Part shown: piece by piece, positions 9,489-20,535 of the stretch | Numbering within the stretch: position 1 is the first letter of the stretch | Layout of the letters: each line of letters begins with the position of its first letter | Notes under the pieces: generated by a model | Databases searched by the model: none | The model's input: only the letters and a program-made list of their open reading frames with translations | What the model was told of the DNA's origin: nothing | Assembly (NCBI GenBank): GCA_963793415.1 | Contig: CAWCAC010000002.1 | Coordinates: 2,233,881-2,297,880 of the forward strand | Direction: 5' to 3' | Length of the DNA: 64,000 nt | From: an uncultured Solirubrobacterales bacterium | GTDB lineage: Bacteria; Actinomycetota; Thermoleophilia; Solirubrobacterales; 70-9 | Position numbers and translations under genes: made by a program

Positions 9489-9875
9489 ATGACCGAGGCT
9501 GCCGCGATCGTCGGCTGCGCGTTCCTGTTCGGCCTGGCGATGTTTCAGTTCGCGCTGGCGAGCGGGCGGCCCCTGGGTAGCTACGCATGGGGCGGCGCAC
9601 ACGACGGCGTGCTGCCGCCCCGGTTGCGAGCGGCAAGCGCTATGGCGATCGTTCTCTATGCGGTGTTCGCCAGCGTCATCCTCAAGGCCGCGGGGATCGG
9701 CGGCCCGGCACCTCGGTCCTGGGCTGCCACGGGAGCTTGGCTGCTCGCTGGCTTCTGGGCCTTCCAGGTCGTCCTGAACGGTGCTTCCCGCAGCGCCGAC
9801 GAGCGACGAGTGATGACGCCCCTGGCTGCAGTTCTGTGCCTCCTGACGGTGGCGGTCGCGTTCAACGCCGAGTGA
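9489..9875 (+). CDS. small integral membrane protein (4 TM helices)
   Basis: 128-aa hydrophobic ORF (AAIVGCAFLFGLAMFQFALA ... LAAVLCLLTVAVAF). Confidence 0.5.
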   Translation: MTEAAAIVGCAFLFGLAMFQFALASGRPLGSYAWGGAHDGVLPPRLRAASAMAIVLYAVFASVILKAAGIGGPAPRSWAATGAWLLAGFWAFQVVLNGASRSADERRVMTPLAAVLCLLTVAVAFNAE

Positions 9876-10028
9876 CGCCACTACGCCGCGGCCAGCCTCG
9901 CCCTCGCGCCACCAGAACTGGAGTTGTTAGATCGCGCCCCTCCGCTGTCTCCGAGTTCGATCGGTGATGGGTGGTGTGTTGCCCAAGAGTTGCCCACACT
10001 CGTCAGGCAAGACCCCGCCGAGGAGGCC

Positions 10029-10293
10029 CTAAGGGCAGGCCTCGGCCACCATTGCCCTGCTGGCCCTGACCGCACCCTTCGCGTCCTTGACCCTCTTCCT
10101 CGCCCTCGCTAGCTTCTTCCGCGCCTTCTTCAGCTTCTTCTTTGAGCTGTCGTTCTTTCTCGCCTTCTCGACCCTCTTCTTGGCTCTCTTCTGCTGTTTG
10201 TTGGCCTTGGTCAGACCGCGCTGGGCGTTGGCAAGGGTCAGCTTCGGCGGCGGTGCAGACGGCGGAGGGGCCGGTGCCCAACCGTCGGCTCAT
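10029..10293 (-). pseudogene. low-complexity charged protein gene, apparently frame-disrupted
   Basis: The ATG at 10293 opens an E-rich frame with many GAA/CAA/AAA codons (poor GC3). The overlapping frame (open 10289..10029) reads KLTLANAQRGLTKANKQQKRAKKRVEKARK...KKLKKARKKLARARKRVKDAKG with the high GC3 typical of this genome, but has no ATG/GTG/TTG start. Confidence 0.3.
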
Positions 10294-10405
10294 GTGTCAC
10301 TGGTTTTCTCGGCGGTTGGACGGCCGAATCGGCGTGGTTGCCACGCAGGAGTAGTCTCAGTTCACCGGCCGGACTCGGTCGGCCACACCGACGGAGGGGG
10401 AGCTA

Positions 10406-10942
10406 GTGAAGATCATGGTCCTTACGTATCTGCGTCGCCACCACATCGGGCTGCTGGCGCTTGCGGTGGCGATGGGAGGCACCGCCTACGCCGCCGAAAC
10501 GATCAACAGCCGTGACATCGCCGATGGCACGATCAAGAGCAGGGATCTGCAGAACGGTGCGGTGCTGGGGCGCGACATCCGAAGCGATGCGCTCAAGGGC
10601 TCCCAGATCGACGAATCGACACTTGACGATGCTTCGCCGAGCGCAACCGTCGCCGGTCAGGGTGCCCCCACGCTGATCCAGAAGGAAGGCATCGAGGCCG
10701 TGGAGAGAACGGGCACGGGCGTCTACCACTTGATCCTCGGGACGGACCAGAAAACCTGCAGCTTCACCGGCAGCTTCTACGGCCTGGAATCGACTCAAAC
10801 CGGCGACGGCGGCACAGTTGCCGTCGCCTACTCCCCGGGCGCACCGGACCTGACCGTCGTCCTCCGCGACCATGCGGGAGACCTCGTCAACCTCGGGGAA
10901 GGAAACGGCCCGTTCGGTTTCACGGTCGTGTCCGGCTGCTGA
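10406..10942 (+). CDS. secreted hypothetical protein
   Basis: GTG start at 10406 with GGAGGGGG 6-13 nt upstream. Signal peptide ...LLALAVAMGGTAYA/AE. Contains about 10-aa repeats (INSRDIADGT IKSRDLQNGA VLGRDIRSDA LKGSQIDEST). Confidence 0.6.
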   Translation: MKIMVLTYLRRHHIGLLALAVAMGGTAYAAETINSRDIADGTIKSRDLQNGAVLGRDIRSDALKGSQIDESTLDDASPSATVAGQGAPTLIQKEGIEAVERTGTGVYHLILGTDQKTCSFTGSFYGLESTQTGDGGTVAVAYSPGAPDLTVVLRDHAGDLVNLGEGNGPFGFTVVSGC

Positions 10943-11086
10943 GGACCGTGCCGAGCGAGTTCTGACCCGGTCCCGGCAGCCGCCGCGCTCGCGGCGCGGA
11001 GTCGCCTACCGCCTCGTTCGCTGATGCGGCGAGCGAGCCGGGCTCGTTGCCGGTGCCTGCATGCTCGTCGCGGCTTCATCGGTCGA

Positions 11087-11130
11087 TGGGCCGGGTTGGA
11101 CTCGAACCAAGGCCCTACGGATTATGAGTC
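11087..11130 (-). other. displaced 3' half of a tRNA-Met(CAT)-like gene (att-type direct repeat)
   Basis: TGGGCCGGgttGGACTCGAACCAaGgcCCTACGGATTATGAGTC versus 16508..16551 TGGGCCGGcctGGACTCGAACCAgGgaCCTACGGATTATGAGTC. Same orientation; identical across the anticodon loop and T-loop, diverged in the stems. Confidence 0.65.
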
Positions 11131-11407
11131 TCTCCGGCCCCGTATCGGCGTGTATCGGCTAGTGACGGCCTTTGGCTTGTTTGCAGGGGTATTGCGTGTC
11201 TAGGCGGGTATCTTGTAACGGCTCGTAACGGCCTGTCATCTGTTGTTCGGTAGCAAAATGGTTGCAGGCCGCGATGGTGATTCACGCGGCCGGCCTAAAA
11301 GGCCGCCGCAATGTGGCGCCATTTTGTGCGGGCCTCTATTGCCACGGTTCGCGACCGATCCTTCAGAAACGTCAGCAATCGTTGTCTATGCGACTACCCG
11401 CAGTTGC

Positions 11408-11731
11408 TCAGTTACCCGGCGGGCGATAGTCGACAGCGGTCTGAGCCGCCTCGTCAATCTCTTCCGGGGCCAGCACCGCACGGGTCTTAGCGTTGGTGAT
11501 CGACCCGGCTGCTCCGGTCGCAAGGCTGACGGCCGCCACGGTCTTGTTGTCGGGAAGGTCGAGGATCAAGACGACGTCGGACTCGCCCTGGGCGAAGTAG
11601 AACGCTTCCACCTTCCCCCCGAAGGCGCCGATCATCGACTCGATCGCCTCGCGACGGGCGCTGCCGCCCTTGGCGGCGACACCTTTGAGCCCCTCCTGCG
11701 TGTACTTGGCCTCGAACAGGTACTTAGGCAC
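11408..11731 (-). CDS. GYD domain-containing protein
   Basis: 107 aa: MPKYLFEAKYTQEGLKGVAAKGGSARREAIESMIGAFGGKVEAFYFAQGESDVVLILDLPD matches the GYD-family pattern. Confidence 0.8.
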   Translation of the reverse strand: MPKYLFEAKYTQEGLKGVAAKGGSARREAIESMIGAFGGKVEAFYFAQGESDVVLILDLPDNKTVAAVSLATGAAGSITNAKTRAVLAPEEIDEAAQTAVDYRPPGN

Positions 11732-11824
11732 GGCTCCACCCTTCGTTGGATTGTCCCGACCCTAACCGGCTCAACGGCCTAAGGCAACGGGCGAACCTTG
11801 CCGGCCAACTCGACCGCGCGGCTG

Positions 11825-12730
11825 TCATGCGTGCGCGTCCTTGTCGCCACGGCCATCTAATCGGCGCTCGAGGCAGTCATTGAGCTCGACGCCGTAAAGC
11901 ATTGCCATGTTCGATCCCCATAGCCAGACAAGGAAGCCGATGACCGCCGCCAGACTCCCGTAGATGGTGCTGTAGTTGGCGATCCGATCGACGTAGACGG
12001 CGTAGGCAGCAGATCCGAGCAGCCACGTTGCCATTGCGATGACGCCACCAGGAGTTATCAGCTGAAAGCCGCGATGGCTGCGATCGTCGAGCGACGCCCA
12101 ATATAAGACCCCGAAGATCCCGAGGATGAAGACGACTAGGAGCGGCCACTTGCCAATTTCCCAGGCGATGGAAACGGCTTGGTCAAGACCGAACAGTGAT
12201 GCGATCCCGCCAGCGACCGGGCCCGTGACGATGACAACAATCGCGGTACCAGAGATCGCGAGAACCGTCGCGAAGGTCACCACCAGCTGTAGGCGCCGCA
12301 GCTTGAGGAATGGATAGCGAACGACCCGGCCGTGCACGATCGCGGAAGCGCGCAAGAAGGCGCCGACGAAAGCCGAAGCGCTCCAGAGGGCACCGGCCAA
12401 CCCCACCAACAGGGTGACTCCGGCGGTTGATCTCCGCTCAACGCCGGCGACGACTTGAAGCACCATGTCCCGCAACGGCGTCTGGCCTTGCTGGCTCAGG
12501 TTATGGCGGATGTCATCGAGCACCGGATCGCCTAGCAATCCGATTAGACCGATCACAACGACGAGCGCTGGGATAAGCGAAATCGCAGCGTAGAAAGTCA
12601 GTGCTGCACCCCAGTCGACCAGATGGTCGTCCAGAAACCTGTTCAGCGCGTCGACCACCACCCGACGGTCGACATCTCGGAGTCGAAGTCGTGCCGCTCG
12701 GGTTCGCATCCCTCGGTGTCTACCGAACAT
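11825..12730 (-). CDS. YihY/BrkB (virulence factor BrkB) family membrane protein
   Basis: 301 aa: ALNRFLDDHLVDWGAALTFYAAISLIPALVVVIGLIGLLG plus about 6 TM helices and a C-terminal AMLYGVELN motif. Confidence 0.85.
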   Translation of the reverse strand: MFGRHRGMRTRAARLRLRDVDRRVVVDALNRFLDDHLVDWGAALTFYAAISLIPALVVVIGLIGLLGDPVLDDIRHNLSQQGQTPLRDMVLQVVAGVERRSTAGVTLLVGLAGALWSASAFVGAFLRASAIVHGRVVRYPFLKLRRLQLVVTFATVLAISGTAIVVIVTGPVAGGIASLFGLDQAVSIAWEIGKWPLLVVFILGIFGVLYWASLDDRSHRGFQLITPGGVIAMATWLLGSAAYAVYVDRIANYSTIYGSLAAVIGFLVWLWGSNMAMLYGVELNDCLERRLDGRGDKDAHA

Positions 12731-12819
12731 TGGCCCGGACAGCAGCGTTTCAGCGTCGTTTCAACCCGGCGCTAAGGCCGCCACGCCCCCGTTCGGCAGC
12801 AGTCACCTCGTGGAACCGT

Positions 12820-13059
12820 CTAGAGCGGCTCTGCCACGATGGCGAAGTCGGTACCGGCCAGGACCTTGCGGACGCGATCCTCGGCGTCGCTGGCGTCGGC
12901 TGCGTCAACCTGGACGCGGATCTGCGGGGCTACTACCTCCCCATACTCGCCCTCCTGCTGATCCCAACCAGCGCCGTGCGGCTGGATACCGGCAGCTTCA
13001 AGTGCGCTTCTCGCCGCCGCCAAGCCCGCGCCCTCGATCTTGACCTTAAACGCTCTCAC
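12820..13059 (-). CDS. small hypothetical protein
   Basis: GTG at 13059 (VRAFKVKIEGAGLAAARSALEAAGI...), 79 aa, upstream of and co-oriented with the YihY gene. No recognisable family. Confidence 0.35.
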   Translation of the reverse strand: MRAFKVKIEGAGLAAARSALEAAGIQPHGAGWDQQEGEYGEVVAPQIRVQVDAADASDAEDRVRKVLAGTDFAIVAEPL

Positions 13060-13128
13060 CGGGCTGACCCTACCGGAAGCCGCAGCCTCGCAGCAGGCAT
13101 CAGCGCCCATCTGGAGAACCTGTCAAGC

Positions 13129-13761
13129 GTGGATTCAGCAGACACGACCCCAGGTGCAGCGTCCGGCAATACCGACGACGTCAGCCGCGTCGCCGCCCTC
13201 ACCGATGGCGTAGTCGCCATCGCGATCACCCTGCTCGTCCTCGACATCGCCATTCCCGAGATCCCCGACGCTCTCGTCGACAACGAACTCGCCGATGCGC
13301 TCTGGCAATTGCGGCCGCAGGTCTTCGGTTTTGTCCTGAGCTTCGCTGTCATCGCCTACTACTGGCTCAGCCACCGACTCGTCTTCTCGCACCTGCGCAG
13401 AATCGATGGGCCGCTGGTGATCATCAACCTGATCTTCTTGTTGGTCATCGCCTTCATCCCCTTCGTCGCCGGCCTGTTGGCCGATTACGTTCCGAACGGG
13501 CTCGCTGTCGCCTGCTATTCGGGAGTGATGGCAATGGCCGGGCTTACCCTGCTGGCAATGGTGGCCTACCCGAAAGCGAAGGGCCACTTCCACCCGAACG
13601 TCCCACTCGCGCACGTGAGCATGATCACGCGAAAGATCGCGGTGGCGCCAATCGTCTATCTCATCGCCGTCCCGGTCGCCTTCCTCAACGGCTGGGTAGC
13701 ACTCGCGACGACGGCCCTAATCCCGCTCCTCCGGACCGCGATCGGAAAACGCAGCAGTTAG
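13129..13761 (+). CDS. TMEM175/DUF1211 family membrane protein (putative K+ channel family)
   Basis: RVAALTDGVVAIAITLLVLDI motif and a second repeat (FVLSFAVIAYYWLSHRLVF...LIFLLVIAFIPF). In-frame GTG at 13129 gives 210 aa. The listed ORF start at 12601 would add an Arg/Pro-rich non-protein-like extension. Confidence 0.75.
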   Translation: MDSADTTPGAASGNTDDVSRVAALTDGVVAIAITLLVLDIAIPEIPDALVDNELADALWQLRPQVFGFVLSFAVIAYYWLSHRLVFSHLRRIDGPLVIINLIFLLVIAFIPFVAGLLADYVPNGLAVACYSGVMAMAGLTLLAMVAYPKAKGHFHPNVPLAHVSMITRKIAVAPIVYLIAVPVAFLNGWVALATTALIPLLRTAIGKRSS

Positions 13762-13880
13762 CCCCAGCCGCCGATATCTGTCTGCAGCCCGCGCAGAGCG
13801 TTCGGCGCCGCCGGCCTCGACCCCTTTTCCCTCCTATCTGACCTACCTCGTTGGTAGAACGTTCGGCAGATAGCCACCCC

Positions 13881-15017
13881 ATGTCCGACGAGCAGCCCTC
13901 CAAACCCAACGCTCCGGCTGGTTCGCCTGTCGACCCGATTGTTCGAGAGCCCGGCGTGACCATCTCGATCTCGGCGAAGACGATCCTTCTGTTCGTCGGA
14001 CTCGTGGCTCTGACGTGGAGCTTCGTGGTCGTCCGCGGAACGCTACTGGTCATCTTCGTATCGATCTTCCTGGCAATCGTTCTCTCGCCGGTCGTCGATG
14101 CGGCGGCCAAGCGTTTCAACCTCGGGCGCGGGGCCGCCTCCTCACTCGTCGTTCTCGGGCTGGCGGCGGTTGTAGCGGTTCTCCTTCTGGTTGCCATCTC
14201 CCCGCTGATCGACGCAGTGCGCTCGTTCGGTGAGAATGCGCCGCGCCTCGTTCAAGAGATCGGGAAAAGCGATCTCGGCAGACAGCTCGACATCCATAGC
14301 CACATCACCGAGACGCTTCAGCAGAACACCTCGTCGATCGTGTCGGGCCTCGGCAAGGCGGCCGGAGGATTTCTCGGGACGGCGGCCTCGGCGTTCGGCG
14401 TCTTCGTCCTCTCGTTCTCAGTCCTGTTCATGACCCTGTTCCTCGTCAAAGACCTTCCGAACTATCGGAAGTCGGTCATCGGGCTACTCGATAACCAGAG
14501 TGCCGTTCGCTGGCACCGGATCGCCGATGAGGTGATCACCACGACCTCTCGGTACATGATCGGGAACGTCGTTATCTCGCTGATCTGCGCGACGATCTAC
14601 GGGGCGACAGCGGTGATTCTCGGGCTGCCATATGCGCTGGCACTGGCCGTGATCGCCGGGATCCTCGACATGATCCCGAACATCGGCTCGATGATCGCCG
14701 GTGTCATCATCGGCATCGTCGCGCTGACCGTCAGCACGTCGGCATTGATCATCTTCGTGGTCGTGATCCTGCTCTATCAGCAGTTCGAGAACTACGTCCT
14801 CCAACCAACGATCATCGGCAAGGCCGCAGATATCTCCGGCTTCCTGGTGATTCTCAGCGTGCTGTTCTGGGGCGCCCTGTTCGGCGTCGTCGGAGCGATC
14901 GTGGGTGTTCCGATCACCGCTGCGATCCTCATCGTCGTCAATGAGCTGACCGCCGATCGCCGCGCCCGCATCGCCGCCGGTAGGCCGCCACAGGAGGCTC
15001 AGGCTGGTGCCCCATGA
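13881..15017 (+). CDS. AI-2E family transporter (PerM/UPF0118)
   Basis: Multi-TM protein with the characteristic segment RYMIGNVVISLICATIYGATAVILGLPYALALAVIAGILDMIPNIGSMIAG. Confidence 0.85.
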   Translation: MSDEQPSKPNAPAGSPVDPIVREPGVTISISAKTILLFVGLVALTWSFVVVRGTLLVIFVSIFLAIVLSPVVDAAAKRFNLGRGAASSLVVLGLAAVVAVLLLVAISPLIDAVRSFGENAPRLVQEIGKSDLGRQLDIHSHITETLQQNTSSIVSGLGKAAGGFLGTAASAFGVFVLSFSVLFMTLFLVKDLPNYRKSVIGLLDNQSAVRWHRIADEVITTTSRYMIGNVVISLICATIYGATAVILGLPYALALAVIAGILDMIPNIGSMIAGVIIGIVALTVSTSALIIFVVVILLYQQFENYVLQPTIIGKAADISGFLVILSVLFWGALFGVVGAIVGVPITAAILIVVNELTADRRARIAAGRPPQEAQAGAP

Positions 15018-15729
15018 GCGCCGAGCGCCCATCCGTATCATCGAGCCTCGGCACTGCGCTGACTCAGTAGTGCGTGCGGAGGTAGTCCGGCCGGTGCCGA
15101 CCTTAGGTTTTTGGGGTGTCTGTCCGGCGGACGAGCACCCAACGACAGCAAGGACAGCGGACGGGCGACCACTCGTGAGATCCGTGTCCTGCGCTCGAGG
15201 TTGCGCCCGGCCCGGGGCGGAATGCGACGCTGGTGGCGATGGCGAAGCAGACGACTGACCAGCTCTGGGCAACGCAGAACCGACATCCGGGCGACCGCGA
15301 GGGTCTCTTCTCGGCTGCCGCGCGGGAACCTACGCGGTGGCTCTTGAGATAACCACTCAGCATCTCGGCGGCCTCGCTTTCGCGCCCGGCACCAGGTGCT
15401 GCCCGTAGCGATCGAGGGTAGACCGTGATGGTCGAGAGCCTCCATGTTGAGTACGTCGCCGCGCTCGTTGCCATTGCCTGGCCTGCTCGTCGTTTCCGCA
15501 GTTCGGGATTCGGGACTCCGCCATTGGGACGCAGCGCTCGGCCCACCGGCCACATGCGATCTCGCGTTTAGAAATCAAACCGGCACTAGGGGATTCTCGG
15601 GTGGCTCTTGACCTCGGTCGAAGACGGCACACCCCCATGACTCTTCGTTGAATCGATCCCGATGGGCGAACCAGGTCACCCGCAGCCGCTCGTATTCCTC
15701 GGATCCTGCGTCGTGCCCTGGCCGATGCG

Positions 15730-16419
15730 GTGAAGTGGAACAGGCTCGCGCGTAATCCTGCCGATGTCGCAGCCGCGCCATCGGCCAAAGCAGCGAGGGC
15801 ACCGAAACCAGCGACTTGGTCAACGCCGGAGTTGCGGGCGTTTCTGGACTCGGTGCGCGGTAGTCGGCTATACCCGCTTTGGCTGCTTTACGCGACAACC
15901 GGACTACGCCGAGGTGAAGCTCTCGGCCTGCGGTGGCGCGATCTCGAGCTTGACGGGGGGACAATGGCGGTCACAAATGCTCGAGTCACGGTGGGCCACG
16001 AGATAACCGAATCGCCGCCCAAGTCCGGTCGCGGCCGTGCCGTGGCGCTGGACCCCGACACCGTCGCCGCCCTCAAAGCCCACCGAAAGGACCAGGCCGC
16101 CGAGCAGCTCGCATACGGCCCCGGCTACGAGAAGGGCGACTACGTTTTCGCATGGCAGGACGGACAGCCGCTTCACCCTGACTACGTATCGAAGGCGTTT
16201 CAGGACGCCGTGGCGGGGATCGACGTGCAGCGAATCCGCTTGCATGACCTTCGCCATACATGGGCGTCGTTGGCACTACGGGACGGCGTCAATCCGAAGG
16301 TGGTTTCAGAGCGGCTAGGCCATGCGACGGTGAGCTTCACACTCGACGTTTATTCCCATGTCATGCCCGGAACGCAAGAGGACGCGGCGTCAACGGTCGC
16401 GGCTCTCGTCGTCGACTGA
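15730..16419 (+). pseudogene. tyrosine recombinase/phage integrase, C-terminal catalytic part only (5'-truncated)
   Basis: Catalytic motifs LRRGEALGLRW, HDLRHTWASLAL and GHATVSFTLDVYSHV are present. The frame is closed by TGA at 15649, and no N-terminal core-binding domain is readable in any frame of 15018..15650. Confidence 0.75.
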
Positions 16420-16507
16420 GCGGCCAACGGTTGCAGAATGGTTGCAGTTGTCGTTCTCGCCGCGTGGGGCAGGCCGCGAAACATCTCGATTAGCGGGGCT
16501 TTTCTAA

Positions 16508-16581
16508 TGGGCCGGCCTGGACTCGAACCAGGGACCTACGGATTATGAGTCCGCTGCTCTGACCAACTGAGCTACCGGCCC
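16508..16581 (-). tRNA. tRNA-Met (anticodon CAT; elongator type, Ile2/lysidine identity not excluded)
   Basis: Reverse complement GGGCCGGTAGCTCAGTTGGTCAGAGCAGCGGACTCATAATCCGTAGGTCCCTGGTTCGAGTCCAGGCCGGCCCA folds into a full cloverleaf: 7-bp acceptor, GCTC/GAGC D stem, CCTGG/CCAGG T stem. No encoded CCA. Confidence 0.9.
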
Positions 16582-16659
16582 GGGATCGGGATTATCGGCG
16601 ATCGATCGGGCGGCGCCGGGGTTGGCGGCGGCTCGGTCGGCTCAGGGGTCGCAGCCCGA

Positions 16660-19065
<2,406 letters not shown>

Positions 19066-19204
19066 CTCCTCAGTAGTGCGTTAGCCCCAAGCCCATGCTC
19101 GCCGCAGGGCATGGCCGCCCGCATCGGGTCGTGCCGCGAGGCTGTTGCGCAGAACTACTGAGTGCGGCCTGCCGCCGCCGGCACCTCGCTAGCCTCTCGC
19201 CGCC

Positions 19205-20488
19205 ATGGCGCTCCCGCTGGCAGCAGCTCCCGGGTTTGAGTTCTTCGACGTGGCCGCGACGGGAATTCTCGTCGCCGGTCTCGCACTGCTCGTCGCCGTG
19301 ATCGCGCTCTCGCGGGAGCACGAGCGGCCGTTCAGTGCCGCCGTCATCTACCTGGTCATGGGATCGCTGCTCGCGGTCGGTTTGCATCTGATCGGGATCG
19401 ATCTGCTGGACCCGATCGCCGACGCGGGCGTGATCGAGCACGCGGCCGAGCTCGCGGTGATCATCGCCTTGTTCTCATCCGGTGTTCGCCTCGACCGCCG
19501 CCTGACGTGGTCCGAGTGGACCTCCACCCGCCGTCTGATCTTGCTGGTGATGCCGCTGACGATCGCCGCCGTCGCCGCTTTCGGCTCGCTGGTGATGGGG
19601 CTCTCACTCGGTGCGGCGATCGTGCTCGGCGCCGCCCTGGCACCGACCGACCCGGTCCTTGCGAGCGACGTCCAGGTCGGACCGCCGGGTCAGCGCCGCG
19701 AGCGCGAGACGCACTTCGCGCTCACCTCCGAGGCGGGGCTCAACGACGGGCTCGCGTTCCCGTTCGTGATCCTCGGGCTGTTCATCGCCGAGGGCAGCAG
19801 CGACTGGTTCTCGGAGTGGCTCGTGGCTGACGTCCTCTACGCAATCGGCGTCGGCGTGCTGATCGGAGTGGCGGCCGGACTCGTCTTGTCGGCGACGACC
19901 GCATGGCTGCAACGTCGGGGCTGGCTCGCCGAGGACTTCGACGGCTGGCTTGCGATCGCGGCGGTGCTCGCGATCTACGGTTTGACCGAGATGCTCAGCG
20001 CCTATGGGTTCCTCGCCGCCTTCGCAGGGGGGCTCGCCTACCGCCGCCGCGAGCGCTCAAAGGAGGAGGCGGGCCACCTCGAACGCGTCCATCTCGGTGC
20101 GAAGACGGTCGAGCAGATGAGCGAGCTGGCGATCGTCCTGTTGCTCGGCAGCACGGTGACGCTCGCCGGTCTCGGCGAGCCTGGGCTGACCGGCTGGCTG
20201 CTGGTTCCCGTGTTGCTCCTGATCATCCGGCCGCTCGCCGTCGCCGCCGCCTTCGCCGGCTCCCGACTCCCGCATACGGACCGCGCCTTCATCGGCTGGT
20301 TCGGAATCCGTGGAATCGGCTCCTTCTACTACGTCGCGTTCGCGATCGGCACCGGCCTGCTCAACGCCACCGAGGGCGAGCGCCTCTACTGGACGGTGAT
20401 CGTCTGCGCGGGTATCTCGATCATCGTCCACGGGATCACGGCCTCGCCCTTGAGCCGGCGCCTGGACGCCGCCGGCTCGAAGGCCTGA
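19205..20488 (+). CDS. cation:proton antiporter (Na+/H+ exchanger, CPA1-like)
   Basis: 427 aa, 10 or more TM helices, with the motif APTDPVLASDV and EAGLNDGLAFPF typical of the Na+/H+ exchanger family. Confidence 0.85.
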   Translation: MALPLAAAPGFEFFDVAATGILVAGLALLVAVIALSREHERPFSAAVIYLVMGSLLAVGLHLIGIDLLDPIADAGVIEHAAELAVIIALFSSGVRLDRRLTWSEWTSTRRLILLVMPLTIAAVAAFGSLVMGLSLGAAIVLGAALAPTDPVLASDVQVGPPGQRRERETHFALTSEAGLNDGLAFPFVILGLFIAEGSSDWFSEWLVADVLYAIGVGVLIGVAAGLVLSATTAWLQRRGWLAEDFDGWLAIAAVLAIYGLTEMLSAYGFLAAFAGGLAYRRRERSKEEAGHLERVHLGAKTVEQMSELAIVLLLGSTVTLAGLGEPGLTGWLLVPVLLLIIRPLAVAAAFAGSRLPHTDRAFIGWFGIRGIGSFYYVAFAIGTGLLNATEGERLYWTVIVCAGISIIVHGITASPLSRRLDAAGSKA

Positions 20489-20535
20489 GGCCAGACGGGA
20501 CGGGTATCGGCCCGAGCGCGATAGCGTCCGGGCGG

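Larger units (their letters stand above)
11087..16581. mobile_element. decayed tRNA-Met-associated integrative element (about 5.5 kb)
   Basis: Bounded by the intact tRNA (16508..16581) and its partial 3'-half repeat (11087..11130). A tyrosine integrase fragment abuts the tRNA. Interior genes look more A/T-rich than the flanks. Short arm-type direct repeats lie near both ends. Confidence 0.55.

Noticed and set aside
10087-10515. 142-aa plus-strand ORF starting MTLFLALASFFRAFFSFFFELSFFLAF
   Set aside because: The Phe/Leu-rich N-terminus is simply the antisense reading of the GAA/AAG-rich low-complexity gene on the minus strand. Its 3' part also overlaps the better-supported secreted-protein gene at 10406.
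11243-11782. 179-aa plus-strand ORF across the island's distal end
   Set aside because: It is antisense to the clearly recognisable GYD-domain gene (11408..11731). Its 5' part lies in A/T-richer non-coding DNA carrying the arm-type repeats.
12601-13128. N-terminal 176 aa of listed ORF 12601..13761
   Set aside because: The extension is Arg/Pro/Ala-rich and non-protein-like, and it overlaps the YihY gene start and the small minus-strand ORF. The TMEM175/DUF1211 homology begins only after the in-frame GTG at 13129.
15038-15788. Several 130-170-aa ORFs on both strands in the spacer before the integrase fragment
   Set aside because: They mutually overlap, are Arg/Ser/Pro-rich, and show no integrase, excisionase or transposase motifs. 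The region is treated as decayed non-coding DNA.
19070-19162. Inverted 7-mers CAGTAGT/ACTACTG flanking the ppsA-antiporter divergent region
   Set aside because: The arms are short, about 75 bp apart, with only weak inner symmetry. This is within chance expectation and no known operator is recognised.
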